In this document: one piece after another, positions 29,975-44,491 of the stretch | Layout: each line of letters opens with the position of its first letter | How positions within the stretch are numbered: position 1 is the stretch's first letter | Assembly: GCA_039096225.1 (NCBI GenBank) | Contig: JBBPEB010000009.1 | Location: forward strand, 1,550,001 to 1,614,000 | DNA length: 64,000 nucleotides | Direction: 5' to 3' | From: Blastocystis sp. Blastoise | Lineage: Eukaryota; Protista; Bigyra: Opalinata | Notes under the pieces: model-generated | Database searches by the model: none | Seen by the model: only the letters and a program-made list of their open reading frames with translations | Told to the model about the DNA's origin: nothing | Program-made: the position numbers and the translations under genes

Positions 29975-32451
29975 ATGGAGGAGATTCTAGATGAGACTTA
30001 TTTGGATGAACGACAACATTTATTAGATAATCTCAAAAGTCAAATTGATTATTACTTTACAAAAGAAAATTTAAGTTCTGATGGATATCTGTTATCGTTG
30101 ATGAATGAGCATTATTATGTTCCATTATCATGTATATTGGAGTTTAAGAGAGTTTCTAGGTTGACTGATGATATTAGTGATCTTGTAGAAGCTCTTGAAA
30201 CATCAAAGATTGTAGAATTAAATGCTGATCATACGATGATACGGCCAAGAATTGTTTTTGAAAAACGATGTATAATAATAAGAGATATTGATACAACAAT
30301 TTCTAAAGATGTTATGTATTCATTGTTTGATTCACCAAATAATATATGTAATATAAAAACAGATATAGGAAATACATGGTAATTCTAATAATTTTTTTTT
30401 GGAATCTATGTTTATTATTTTATTTTTATTAATTATATATATAGGTTTATTACATTTGATACAGAAGAAGAAGCAGCAAAAGAATTGTGTTCTTTGAAGT
30501 CAAAACGATATAATAATGAACCAATTAAAGCACGACTTAAAAGTGAGCGAATTTTCAAACAATATAAAAAACAAAATATGAGTATATTGATGTTTATTAT
30601 CTATGTGCTAATTATATTTATGTTTATTATATATATGTTTATTATATATATGTTTATTATCTATGTATTAATTATCTATGTGTTAATTATCTATGAAACA
30701 TTCTATAGTATCAGCAGAATATGAGTTAAATAAACAGAATCATATTATTAATTCAAATATATGTATATATACTACATAATAGACTATATATATCATTATT
30801 AATATATATATATATTATCAATTCCATCATCATCTTCTTCTTCTTCTCTCTCTTCACCTCTTCCTTCTCTCCCGTTATCTCTACCTTCTCTTCCTACACC
30901 TTCCACTTCCCGCCAATCTTCCCTCCCTTTCTATTTATCGTATTATGACCGAGATATCGATCCCACTCTCTATGTTCAACCCGCATTTCTTAAGAGAAAA
31001 ACATATAATAAAGAGAAAGAGAAAGAGAAAGAGAATACTATTAATGAACACCAAAGTGAAGATGAAAAGTATTTTTTTTTATTTATTATTATGTTTATTA
31101 ATGTTTATTAATGTTTATTAGTGTTTATTATTATATTTATTATTATATTTATTATTATATTTATTATTATATTTATTATTATTACCATTATTATTACCAT
31201 TATTATTACCATTATTATTATATACATCTACTCTCTTCATTATGATTATCCTGTATATTTCATTTAGTTCCGATTTATCAGAAATAGATATAAATACTTC
31301 TATCTCACAAGAATTTCTCCAAAACACAAATAATTCCCCAATTAATAATGTTATTCCCGTATATATTATTATTACTATTCTTATTTATTATACATATATA
31401 TGATTGTTTTTAATAGACTATACACTATATATTTAGTATGCATGTCCTCCTCTATATCTACCACAACAACTAAATGTCCCACGGGAATTTGGATATAAAA
31501 AAAATTTTAAAAAATATACTTCTGTAGAAATCTATGATATTGTTCAAGTATATATATTTTTATTATATTTATGATTTTTATTATATTATTTATATTTATT
31601 ATATTTTATATATATAGAATTTAACAGATATATCGTTACCTGATTCAATTCAACCAGGAGATCATTCTGATGTATATATATATATATATATATGTTTATA
31701 ATTATTAATATTGTAAATATATATAATTAGTATTAGAATTATATATATATATATATATAGGTATTAGTAGAAGCAAATCGTCAATTATTAGAACGAGGTC
31801 GAACTGTCTCCTTTGATGAAGCCATTTCTATAGGTATATATATACATATGTAATATATATATAATTATATGTCAATTAATTATTTACTATCATTTTTTTT
31901 AACTTTATAAAGTATATATATAAACATATATATATATATATATAGGAAGGCCTAGAATCTTATCAGTAACTCATTTGGATTATATATCAATGATCGATAT
32001 ATCTTTTGAAGATACTGTATATCAAGAACGAATGAAGAAAGAACGATATAGAAAGAAAAACAAAAAGTATTATTATTATATATATTATATTTATTATTAT
32101 TATAACATTTATTATATTTATTATTATTATATAATTATATTTATTATAATATTCTTTATATAGACATATACAACAGAATCTTTCGGTTAACCAATGTATA
32201 TATACATATATAATAAATCTATAACACAAACTAATATATATATAGTATCTGAATCAACAGAAGAAGAACAATTGCCAACTATGCATATAAAACAACAAAT
32301 AAATAAATCGAAAAAGAAACCAAAACCATTAACAAAAAAAATATCAAAACATAATCCTATAAAACAAATATCTACTAAAGAAAATAAATCAAAATCAAAT
32401 ATCAAATCAGAAATTTCAAAAGAACCCATTCGTAAACATTCCATAAAATAG
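29975..32451 (+). CDS. La-related protein (La motif plus RRM, LARP4-like), multi-exon
   Basis: LKSQIDYYFTKENLSSDGYL..VPLSCILEFKRV; RRM IIIRDI..NTWFITFDTEEEA across an intron. Confidence 0.85.
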
Positions 32452-33252
32452 AGTTCATTCTTTAATTTATACATATTAGAAATTTTTTTAATTTTGATTA
32501 CATTTCTGAAACAATTTTTACTATTATTAAATATTTATAAACACTTTTCCATCTCATTTTTTTCCACACTCATTTTGAATTCATCATTTTCCACTTTTAA
32601 TATTTTCCAATCTATTCTTTTGTTTTTGTGAAATCAAGTATCTCCATTATGTATGTATTCGTTATCAAATACAGTCATTTTTATGTAAACATCATTTTTA
32701 ATTATGAAATCAATATATATTTATTCTTTATATCTTATAGTTTGCAAATTGAAACTTTTTAAATATCACAACTATAAGAATGATCATGAATGATGACAAA
32801 AAGTTGTCATTATTTACTTTTAATCTTTTGATCTAATAAATAAATATTATTAAAATTGATCTTTCAAATTCAAATAGTAAAAAAACATATAGATCCACAT
32901 TTTCAATAGAATAAAACCAAAAAATAAAAAAAAATATAAAACTTACGAGAGAAGACTATTCTTTAAAAGGAAATACTCATGTTATTCATAAATCTGTTTT
33001 ACGATCACTTTACATTTCTTCCGATTTTTTTTCCTTCTCTTTCATTTAATTGGTTGTAAAAAAAGTTGACGAAACATATTAAAAATGACCACAAATTCAT
33101 GGATTCTCCTGAATCCATGAATGAAAAAATGAAAAATACGCTTAAAAAAACAAAATTTCTTTGGGAGATTTGCGGTAATCAAAAAAGGTGAAAAAGTATG
33201 AGAGATATAACTTGGTTACTTTAAATATATTTCTTTAGGATAATACGGCATC

Positions 33253-35132
33253 ATGAACTTTTTATCATTAAAAGTTATTCTTGCATTGGTTTTTGTTCTT
33301 TCGGTTCATGCTGATGAGCAAAAGGATAACGCAGGACTTCTTGAAAAGTATAATCAATTTTATTTTGAGACAAAAGGTTATATGAAATATGGTAAACTCA
33401 GTCAGAAATCAGTCAGATATGCGTATGCCATATATTCTAGTGGTCTTTCTCAACTCATGAGTCATTATTGTTCTATATAGTAGTTCCTTAAAGAAGCAAG
33501 AAGTATCTAATAGTAATTCTGCTAAGGCGTATATATTATTAGCTATAAAATTATTTAATTATTTTATATCCTCTAGTGAAATCAGCAAAGAATCTGTTCA
33601 AACTCCTGTAGTTTCTACGTATATATATATTGAGATTATATATAGTCATCTATTGTAATATTGTATATATAGTCCACCTACTCCTGCTCCTACAAGGTAT
33701 ATTAATTAAGTTTACATATATATATTTATTTTAATATTATATATATATATAGTCCACCTACTCCTGCTCCTACAAGGTATATTAATTAAGTTTACATATA
33801 TATATTTATTTTAATATTATATATATATATAGTCCACCTACTCCTGCTCCTACACCTAAGCCAACAACTGCCCCGTATATATACTATTCATTATATATAT
33901 ATATATATATAGTGTTCCTGAAGGTCCTCTAAAATATGAAAAATTAACTTATAATAATTATTATTTATATTATTATTTATTAATTATTATTTTATTATTA
34001 TATATATATTAATATTCGCTACATATTACTATAGATCAGATTCCTGTATGTGATAAATTAAAGATTTATTATATACCCATTGGTGGTCTTGGAAATCAAA
34101 TGAATTTATTCATGTTTTTATATCTTATTTCTTCAATAGAAAAAATACCTGTTTATAGTATATATATATTATTATTATTATTTATATGTTATTATTATCT
34201 ATATTATTATTCTGACTTTTCTATATTGAACAATAATACATATATATAATAACATATATATAGTTCCTGAACATAATATGTTTGCGTATCAATATACATT
34301 AAAAGAATTTTTCCCTGGTCAGTTTCAAAAATATAGTTGGGATGTGTTTTTAGATGCTTTAAGTAACGTGAGTAGACGTCATCCTAAAGGCCCTAATTGG
34401 TTTAATATTAATGGTTTTAGAGGAAGAAGAAGAGTAGAAGCTATGGTGAATAATCGTAATTTATGTGATTACTATCCAAAGTATAAAAGATGGAATGAAA
34501 TATGGGTATATGGTTATGAAATTATACCTGATTTAATATATGAACATCCTCTTGGACTTTATAATAATACATTAACAGAATTAGGTTTATATCATAACGA
34601 AATATATAATCATTCTCCTCCTGGTCATCCTTTTAGATATGAATTTTATTTATTTAATACATATATGAAACCTTATAAGAGAATTACGGATTATATGTTA
34701 CAGAAATTCCCTACATATCAAAAAGATAATTATTTAAGTGTACATATACGTTTTGGTAAATCTTATTCAGATTTAAATGATACACCTAAGAATAGATATA
34801 ATGGTAATCCTTTCTATCCTTTACTTGTAGCTATTCGTAATCGATTAAACCAAACAGGATTACAATATGCTTATATTGCTAGTGATTCTTCTTCATTCAA
34901 AAGTTATATGAAACGAGAATTAGGAGATAAAGTATTAACTTTAGATTTAGGTAAGATTGTTCACACAGATCTTCTATTTAATAAGGACTTAAAGTCATTA
35001 GAAGATAATGGTGTCATTGCTTTAGCCGAATTATATCTTCTTTCTAATGGTAAAGATTGCATCGGTTCAGCTGCATCCAGTTTCAGTCATCTTGCATGCT
35101 CTAACATTCAAACAAACGCTCTTATGACATAA
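33253..35132 (+). CDS. Fucosyltransferase-like protein with signal peptide and Pro/Thr-rich stalk, multi-exon
   Basis: N-terminal signal; GGLGNQM, SVHIRFG, YIASD, AELYLLS..SSFS GDP-fucose-binding motifs. Confidence 0.8.
33665..33853 (+). repeat. 80-bp tandem exon-plus-intron repeat
   Basis: agTCCACCTACTCCTGCTCCTACA recurs at 33671, 33751 and 33831 with identical introns between. Confidence 0.92.
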
Positions 35133-36178
35133 TTAAAATTTATTATTATATATCTATTGCTATTTTTTCTTCTCGTTCATTATTTCTTGTTCGTATATTT
35201 TTCCTATTATATGAAAAATAATGAAATTAAAAAGATTGCTTTGTTGTTATATTTTATAAAACAAATGGGATCTTATTTTTATGCAATTTCACTCTTAACC
35301 AAATTATCATACATATGCTCATTGAAAACAATTGTTGTTATGAAACAAAAATCTCATTAAAGACTTTTATAAAATAAAAAAAATATTTGTAAAAATATTG
35401 TATAAAAATGTATTATTTATATTTCAACAATAACATTTTTTTTTATTTCGAAAAAAAATGTTAGTTATAGTTTTTATCTATACTACATCTTAATATATGT
35501 ATTCTATTAAAAAATAATTGTAATCAGAAGAGACATGAATTATGAAAACGTTTGAGACATCACTCATTATTAAGATCTATTTGGTTTCTTTATTGTAAAT
35601 CAGTAAAACTTCAAATAAATATATTATGAATGAAAGAAAGCAAAAAAAAAAAGAAATAGAGATTATTATATCATCTGTTAAATTCAAAATAATAATTCTC
35701 ATTTATATCCCTATTAATATATATTAATAATAAATTATTTAAGGGTTATTTATAAAGAAATTACCATACATATAAAGATTTAAACCAATCAATTCGTTTT
35801 ATAAATATCCCTAGTCAAGAAAGTCTCTATTGAAACAAATAGAAAACAAAAATCCAGTCAATTCCTCATTCGATGCTGAATTGATGACATCATTAAGATA
35901 AACTATCAAAAAAAATAATCATGGGAATTTGTAAAGGAATAGGCAGATATATCTATAAAAACCAGCTTTTTTATTTCTGTGTTTCTTCAGTCAAAGACTC
36001 TCTCCGTAGGGAATGAGGAAATGAAGAGACGTTTGTCAATTCTCAGAAAACATTACGTTTTATCTTTTGTTTGACAGTTTTTAAAGATTCTTGTAATCTT
36101 TATTCATAGTAAGTATTTATTCACAAGGATCCATCTAATCTTAATATTATTTTTCTATATAGATATTTACAAGTTATA

Positions 36179-37136
36179 ATGTCATCCGATCTTGATGAAA
36201 ATTCTCCAAATTATGATAGTAACGCAAAGGTACGATCTATTGATTGACTCTAGAATATATAATTTGTTTAGAGAAAAAAGAATCTCAAATCTTCTGTGTT
36301 AGGTTCAGAAAAAACGGGTATTTTATATTGAACTATTTTTATAACAATCAGTATTATTCAATTTGATGTTTGAAAGAATTATTTATGCATTCATTTGGGT
36401 ATTATAAATAGAATTCCTTTTTTATAGGAAGATGGACAAAAGAAGAACATGAATTATTTCTACTAGGACTTAGTAAATATGGAAAAGAATGGAAGAAAAT
36501 AGCAGCTCTTGTAAGATATATATAAATTTGTTTTCAATTTTTTTATTATGATTCACATATTTTATGAATTCATTTATATAGATAAAAACAAGGACAATAG
36601 TTCAAGTTCGTACACATGCTCAGAAATATTTTATTAAATCAAGATCTGTATAAAAATATATAGCGACATAAAATATTTTTTTTTTTTTTTAAATAAATTA
36701 TATATATATATATAGAATAGTATGATTTCTTCGGATTCATTAACAACCAAAAATGAGAATAGTATAAATACTTCAATTCATTCTGACCAATCAAATACTC
36801 CTACAAATATAAATAGTTCGAATACTACTGTTATTATGAAGAATAGTAATAATAATGAATATTCAAAATCGTATATACCTATAGCAACAAAGCCTTTAAT
36901 TAAGCGTTCCTATAGTAATAATGATACTTCTTATATAAGGTCTACATTAAAAGATAACTCAAATAATATATATACTACTCTACGTCATTCTTCTTCTTCT
37001 TCTTCTTCTTTATCTATATATAACACGAATACAAATTCAAGCTCTCCTTTAAATGGTTTCCAATATAATAATATTATAAATAATAATAATTATAATAATA
37101 AAGATTTTAATAATAAAGATTTTAATAATAAAGATT

Positions 37137-37183
<47 letters not shown>

Positions 37184-37714
37184 TCATTTAATGTGCTAAA
37201 CCCAAATAATTCTTCTACAACATCAATATCCTCATTCTATTCGAATTCTTACACTGACTCTTTTTTCTCTGAACCAATCGTTACAAGAGAAGAAGCTTCG
37301 TCAATGTTCTCTATTTTCCCCTGTTTTCAGTATATATATATATATATTCAATTATTATTGATTATTCTATAATTATATTTTTAATACTTTCATTTTATAT
37401 TCTAATTCTCTTAATAAATACATTATAATTTCTTTATATCTATATTTTACACTTATATATTATCTGAATATAACTAATAATATATATATATATATATATA
37501 TAGAGATGATTATCATGAGTCTCCTTCTCTTCCTCGTTCTTCTTCTTATTCTACATATATAAATAATAATAATATTACCAAACAATATAACAAATATCCT
37601 CTGTTTTCTTCTTCTTCTTCTTCTTCTCCTTCTTCTGTTTCTTTCTTAAAAACATCAACTGTTCCATATATTAATAATAATAATATGTCAGTTAATATTC
37701 ACAAACTTCAATAA
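36179..37714 (+). CDS. SHAQKYF-class MYB transcription factor, multi-exon
   Basis: GRWTKEEHELFLLGLSKYGKEWKKIAAL / IKTRTIVQVRTHAQKYF. Confidence 0.88.
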
Positions 37715-37827
37715 ATTTATCTATCTCAATACCGTTTTCTATATATAAAGAGAGAAAATAAGAAATGCTTGTACTATATATTCTATACATAATATATATC
37801 ATTTCTTCATTATATATATAGACATTT

Positions 37828-38020
37828 GTTATTACCTCATTCTTCTTGTTCTATTATTAAAAGTTATATATATACATATACATATATATATATATTTAGA
37901 TTTTCGTTATTACCTCATTCTTCTTGTTCTATTATTAAAAGTTATATATATATACATACATATATATATTTAGATTTTTGTTATTACCTCATTCTTCTTG
38001 TTCTATTATTAAAAGTTATA
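37828..38020 (+). repeat. Three-copy ~75-bp tandem repeat downstream of the MYB gene
   Basis: GTTATTACCTCATTCTTCTTGTTCTATTATTAAAAGTTATATA at 37828, 37906 and 37980. Confidence 0.9.
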
Positions 38021-39020
38021 TACATATATATATATTTTTTTTTGAAAACTCATTTTTTATTGTTCTTTTCGTTTTTATTATTTATATTTATAAGATAAAT
38101 ATATATTTGCTATTGCAATACTATATACGTATTGTTATCAATTCATATATTTATATATATTTATAATAATTCTTTTCACACTCATTTTCACATTTGTTTT
38201 TTTTTATCTTTGTATTTTAAAAAGTTTTTATTTCTCATATAATATACTCTTCTATAAAAAATTCTTTTATTATTTTCAATTCATTCATTTATTCTTTTAT
38301 TCATTAAACTACATTTTATTACTTGTATTATATATTATATTTAATAATTCATTTATAATAGTCATGTTTCTATATGCTTCTATTTATTTCATGTATTCTA
38401 TTCTTTATTACCTACTTTTATTTCAATTATTTCTTATTATACTTTGTACTCTTTGTATATATATTCAATTTCTATCTACAATTATTTGTTTTGTTATATA
38501 TATCTATATATATATCTCATTGTCTCTTTTTTTTAATATAATTTTTTTATATTTATTATTAATAAATTTATATATAGTTCACATAGTGTATATATTTTTT
38601 TATTTTGATTTTTTCTTTGCTTTCTCAATACAAAAATAGTTTTTATTTATTATTCAAATTATATATTTAGTTTAGTTTTTTTTACTTTTAGTTATATATA
38701 TTTATAGTTGACATTTGTTGATTTAAAAGACATTCATTATTATTGTTTTATCAATTTTAAATTGATTATAAAGATTATTATTTATTATTTGTTTAATGAA
38801 AAACTAACTGAATAGAATAGCTTGAAAAAAATATATATACATATAAAACATAACAAATCTATAAATAATAATTGTCTTTCAAAGTATAAAAAATATATAT
38901 AATGACAACAATAGATATATATAATGATAACCATATAATAACATACTTGTGATTATATAAATTATATAAAAGTTATATTATAAAAGTTATATATATTAAT
39001 AATATAACTATAGATAATGA

Positions 39021-40090
39021 TTACTTTGGTTCATTAACATAATGATTTGGGAACGTAAATGTTTCTCGTGGCGGGAAACGGAATATTTTTTGACGACCAA
39101 AAAAGGGTTGAACATCATAAGCAAATGATAATGAAACTTGTTTTCCTCTAAAGATTATATATAATATATATAGAGATAGACGTAAAAGAATTATTAGAAT
39201 TATTATTAGAATTATGATTATTTTTTATAATTATTAATTATTATTATAATTATGATCATTAATCATTATTAGAATTATGATTATTAATTATAAATAAAAA
39301 AAAAAGTTAAAAAAAATATTTTTGATATAAATAGGAGAAGATATAAATATAAAAAATATATATATAAATATATAAATATTATATAATAATATTAATATAA
39401 ATATACCTTAATGTTTTTCCCATGTCTCTAGGTAAATATTCATTCATAATACTAATTCCCGTGAAAGTAGAGTTCTTTGGATCCATATGAATACGATCCC
39501 AAATAATCATTTCTTGACGTTTCTATATATAATAATAATAAACACATTAATAATAATAACAGTATATAAATAAAAAAATAGAATAATACATAACAAATAG
39601 GTAAATAAATAAAATAAAAAATATATAAATACATAATCAGGTGAAGTATAATTCATTACAACAAAAGCATATAAAGAACGAACATTCCAATTCCATTCTC
39701 CAGAAAGATCTATAATAAAAATAAAACATATTTAGAAATATGAAATTTATGTGCTAAAAACGAAAACAATATAAATATACCATATGTTAAATTAAAAGTC
39801 ATAATACAACTATCAAATTCATCTCCAGTACCGTAAAGATCAATAGGCCCACTAAATAGAAAAGTGATAAGAATACATCATTTAAAAATTGATGATAGTA
39901 AAAATAAATAAGACTATATAGAAAAGAATTAAAAAAAATACAATCTTAAAATTCTATCAGCACTAAGTTTGGATACATTTCCAGGATGGGGATACATTTC
40001 AACAAGAAGTGCACAACAAATACACATGGCAGCTAAACACCAAACTGATGTATAGAAAACATTTGATGCTCTTGTATAATACGAATACAT
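39021..40090 (-). CDS. SPCS3: Signal peptidase complex subunit 3 (SPC22/23), multi-exon
   Basis: MYSYYTRASNVF plus TM segment; DLSGEWNWNVRSLYAFVVMNY; DMGKTLRGKQVSLSFAYDVQPFFG. Confidence 0.8.
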
Positions 40091-40340
40091 AACTGATTAT
40101 AGAAAGTATATAGTATTAAATGAATTATAATACAACAAAGAACAAATAGAATAAGTTATTCATGTTCGTCTGATATTCGTAGGAATTGTAGAAAAACCGA
40201 ATGAAAAACGAAAAAAATAATGGAAAACATTTTATTTTCAAAAAACAGAAGTTGTTATTATTTTGTTTCATAGTCAAAACTATTTCTTATATCAAATTAT
40301 TCTTGATATCTGATTTAGAAAATACTATATATTTGAATAC

Positions 40341-41802
40341 ATGAATTATACAGAAGAACCTAAAGTACATAATTCTCCATTGATACGTAAAATGTACAAT
40401 AAATTAATAATTGTGATGCTAGCATTAGCAACATTGTTCGTAATCGTTTCGTTTTATACATGTCTTCCTTCTTTCATAAATGCATGTCGTGGTGATTCCC
40501 TAAGAAGACGAGATATTAAATATGATACAAATATGTATGTCTTTATGAATTTATTTATTTATTTTTTAACTATTTTTTTATTATATATTATTATAGAGGT
40601 AAATATGAACATTTGGTAGAACATATTCGTAAAACAGATTTAAGTCGTTTAAAAGAAGAAATTTATCTTGATTATACTGGTATGTTTTTTAAATATTTTT
40701 TAATATTTTTTAATGTTTTTTAATGTTTTTTGATGATATTTTAATTTTATTTTAATATATATATATAATATATATGATAGGTTCTGGATTATACCGTGAT
40801 TCTCAAGTTGATTCTATAACAAAACAGATGAAATCAACATTATTTGGGAATCCACACAGTGATTCTCCCTCATCATTAAAGGCCGATGCAATTGTCGAAG
40901 TATACTGTTTTTAGTATTGTTTATTATTTATTTAACCTTTTTTTTTAATTTATTATTTTTTTAGTTATATTATTTATTTATTCTAATAATATATATCATA
41001 TTATTACATATAATTATATATATCATTATATATATTATTATTATTAATATATAGGGTATGAGAGATCGAATATTAAAATGGTTTGATGCGGATCCTGAGA
41101 AATATACTGTTATATTTACTTCTGGAGCTACTGGTATATATATATATTATTACATAATCAAGAATATAATAATAATTATTATTATTATAATTATTATTAT
41201 TGTATACTATTTAGGTGCGTTGCATATGATTGGTGAGTCATTTCCTTGGTCACGTGATTCTCATTATTATTATTTACAAGAAAATCATAATTCTGTTCTT
41301 GGAATTCGTCAGTTTGCGGGGGATCATGGTGCGTCATTTCATGTAGTGAAAGAACAAGAAATGTTAAATATACCAAAAAATCCATATACAAAAGAAAATA
41401 GACTATTTCCATTAAAAGAAGGAGAAGACGAAATATTTAATTTATTTGCTTATCCTTTAGAAGAAAATTTCTCAGGTATATATATATATAATATAGTATA
41501 TTCATAGTGTTTTTTTTTTTAATATTACATAAGAATTCTTTTATTAAAATTATAGTTGTATATATAATGAAATTGTTTTTTTTTTATTTTAAAATTTTTA
41601 TACAGATATAGATTTATAATATAATTATTATATATATTATATTTATAATATATATAGGTAAGATATTTCCTTTAGAATATATACAGAGAGTACAGGGGTA
41701 TGATTCATTTGAAAAGAAGGGAAGATGGCTTGTATTGTTAGGTATATATATATATAATTATTATTATTATTATGTTTAATCATTTATAATAATAATAATA
41801 AT

Positions 41803-41833
<31 letters not shown>

Positions 41834-42055
41834 GATGCTGCAGCTTATGTTCCTACTCATCATCTTAATTTAACTCAATATAATCCTGATTTTGTCACTA
41901 TTTCCTTCTATAAAATATTTGGTTTTCCCACGGGAACAGGTTGTTTGATAGTGAAAAAGGATGCTATTACTTATTTAAATAAAGTATATTGGGGAGGAGG
42001 TAGTGTCATTCAGACCATTAGTGGCGATAAAGGATCTATTCGGTATATATATATA

Positions 42056-42110
<55 letters not shown>

Positions 42111-43193
42111 AACATAATAGTATCTCATATAATATTAATAATTAATATAATAATAATAATTAATATCTCAATAATAATCAATATAATAATAAACATAATA
42201 TAATTATTATAGGATATAATAATTTACTCTATATATATATATATAGTCTCCCTGGTCGTCTTCCCCGTAAATATGAAGATGGTACTTCTAATTTTATGAG
42301 TATAATACAATTAGAAGAGGGCTTTAAAGCTATAGAATCAGTAGGAGGATATACTACTATTACTCCTTATATGAACTATCTTACCAAAGAATTGTATATA
42401 TATATATATATTCTGTTATTCTTATATATATATATTATTTATATAATTTGTTTTCATATAAATATTATAAATATCATAAATATAAAATATATATATATAT
42501 ATCTTAGATACCAAGGGTTATCCTCGCTGCGTCATCGTAACAATAATCCAGTTCTTCAAATTTATGGGAACCATGGAAATACTGTAGAATTATATGGAAA
42601 TTATTATTCCCGCGAGGATTTAAATAAAACTATATATGATACTATTCAAGGAAGTATTGTTACTTGCAATGTTTGTATATATTTATTATATAAAACATAT
42701 TTATTAAATATATTATTATTATTTATATAACACATATATATTAAATATATTTTCTAGTAGCAGAAGATGGTACTATAATTGATTTTATGGAAGTGGAACG
42801 AATGGCAGCAAAACATCATTTACATGTACGTTCTGGTTGGCATTGTAATCCAGGTGCTACTTTCAAATCATTAAATATGAAAGAAGAAGAAGTATATATT
42901 TATATATCTATAATTTAATTGAATATATATGTACTTTTAATATCGTGAAATATAAATATATTTTATAAACGTTTATGTATCATTAATTATATTGTAAAAT
43001 AATATTTATATAGGTAATCCGTCAAATAGAAAGTCATTCTTGTACTTCTTCCTATCAATGTCCACACCAAGAAGCAATTACTGTAATCAATGGCACTTTA
43101 GCAGGAGGTATTCGACTCTCTTTAGGTTATTTATCTACTATTGAAGATGTTAATGCAGTTATTCATTTCTTTAAACAATATTATTCTCATTAA
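40341..43193 (+). CDS. Molybdenum cofactor sulfurase-like PLP enzyme (class V) with N-terminal TM anchor and no MOSC domain
   Basis: IYLDYTG, GNPHS, IFTSGATGAL, ENHNSVLGIR, LDAAAY, ISFYKIFGFPTG, EDGT, RSGWHCNPGA, RLSLGY. Confidence 0.88.
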
Positions 43194-43371
43194 ATATTTT
43201 TTTATGAGTTCATTCTCTGATTTCTTTTCCGTTCTCTTTATTTATGGTGGATATTTATTTCATAATAATTTAATTCTCAACATAAGTTGTTTATGCTCAT
43301 AAAAAGACTGTTTTCAATATTGTAACATCAAAAATGAAATAAAAATAAAAATAAATAAAAATAAAAAGATA

Positions 43372-43453
43372 TGCACGAAGCGGGACTCGAACCCGCGCAT
43401 GCGAACATACTACGGCCTTAACGTAGCTCCTTAGACCACTCGGACATCCGTGC
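43372..43453 (-). tRNA. tRNA-Leu(AAG)
   Basis: GCACGGA acceptor stem, anticodon arm CTACG-TTAAGGC-CGTAG, long variable arm, GGTTCGAGTCC. Confidence 0.95.
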
Positions 43454-43784
43454 TTCTTATTATCGTATCTTTAACTATCTTGCTGAGTTCACTAGCAATA
43501 TCCTATGATTTCTTAAAAAAAAATAATATAATTTTTTGATTAGTTTCTTATATGTTGTTTAATTTACATGAATTACTATTTGAATAGTTGTAGATCAATC
43601 ATAACATATTAAATTGCATCTCAAAAAAGTTTTTTGAAAATTATTTTTTTTAGAATATGTGCTCATCTTTTTTAAACGTTATGTATTATCTCAAAAAGAG
43701 CGTTTCTAATCAAAGATAGTATCCTTACGATATTTAAAAACCTGTTTAGCCTTCTACATACTTTTCGAAGAGTCTTTTATTAAC

Positions 43785-43938
43785 AAATCAAGGTTTGCCA
43801 TAGCCTACTTAGCGTTGGGACTCGACCCCCAGAAAAGTTTTTGCCTCACGCCTTGAGCCGCCAGAAGTACCCAAAAAAATGGCTCATTTGGAAATTCTTT
43901 ACCCCAGCAGAGTCTTCATGGCGAGCACTGATTTCACT
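43785..43938 (-). ncRNA. Candidate structured non-coding RNA (unidentified)
   Basis: GC-rich island; nested long-range pairings AAAUCA/UGAUUU, GCCAU/AUGGC, CUGCU/AGUAG, UGAGCC/GGCUCA, GCGU/ACGC. Confidence 0.4.
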
Positions 43939-44491
43939 CTTTTTTTTACTTTTTCCATGTTTCTTATTTCATAAAAAGGTGATATACGCACATTATAACT
44001 CTCTAATGAATGTATACCAATTAGATATAAAATATTCAAACAGAATTCTAAGCATAATGCATCAATCGAAAATGAACAGTATAAATTGAATTATTAAATA
44101 CTTTATATGAAATGCAACCAATTTCAGAACGTCACTCTTTTCAAGACTTATATAAAATAAGTTGATTCCTAAAGAATAGCTAATTATCAGAAGGTTTTTA
44201 TAGATGTTTCACGTCACAAAGCCAGTCAATAATATAGAATAATTAAATTTATGTTCTTGTTTTTGTAAACCGAGAAAAAATAAATATTTCATGAAAAAGA
44301 AATGAAAAAATAAAAACCCTAAAAACAATTGTTAAGCGGGAATACCATACAAACTCGCTTTCATTTCTTATTTTTCTATGAAAAATTATAAAACTAAATA
44401 TTTTTTTAATTCTTAATTGTTTCTTTGTTATTTCTTTATTTATTCATTAATACTATATTTAAATTCTCTTTAAATAATTAAAATTAAATTG

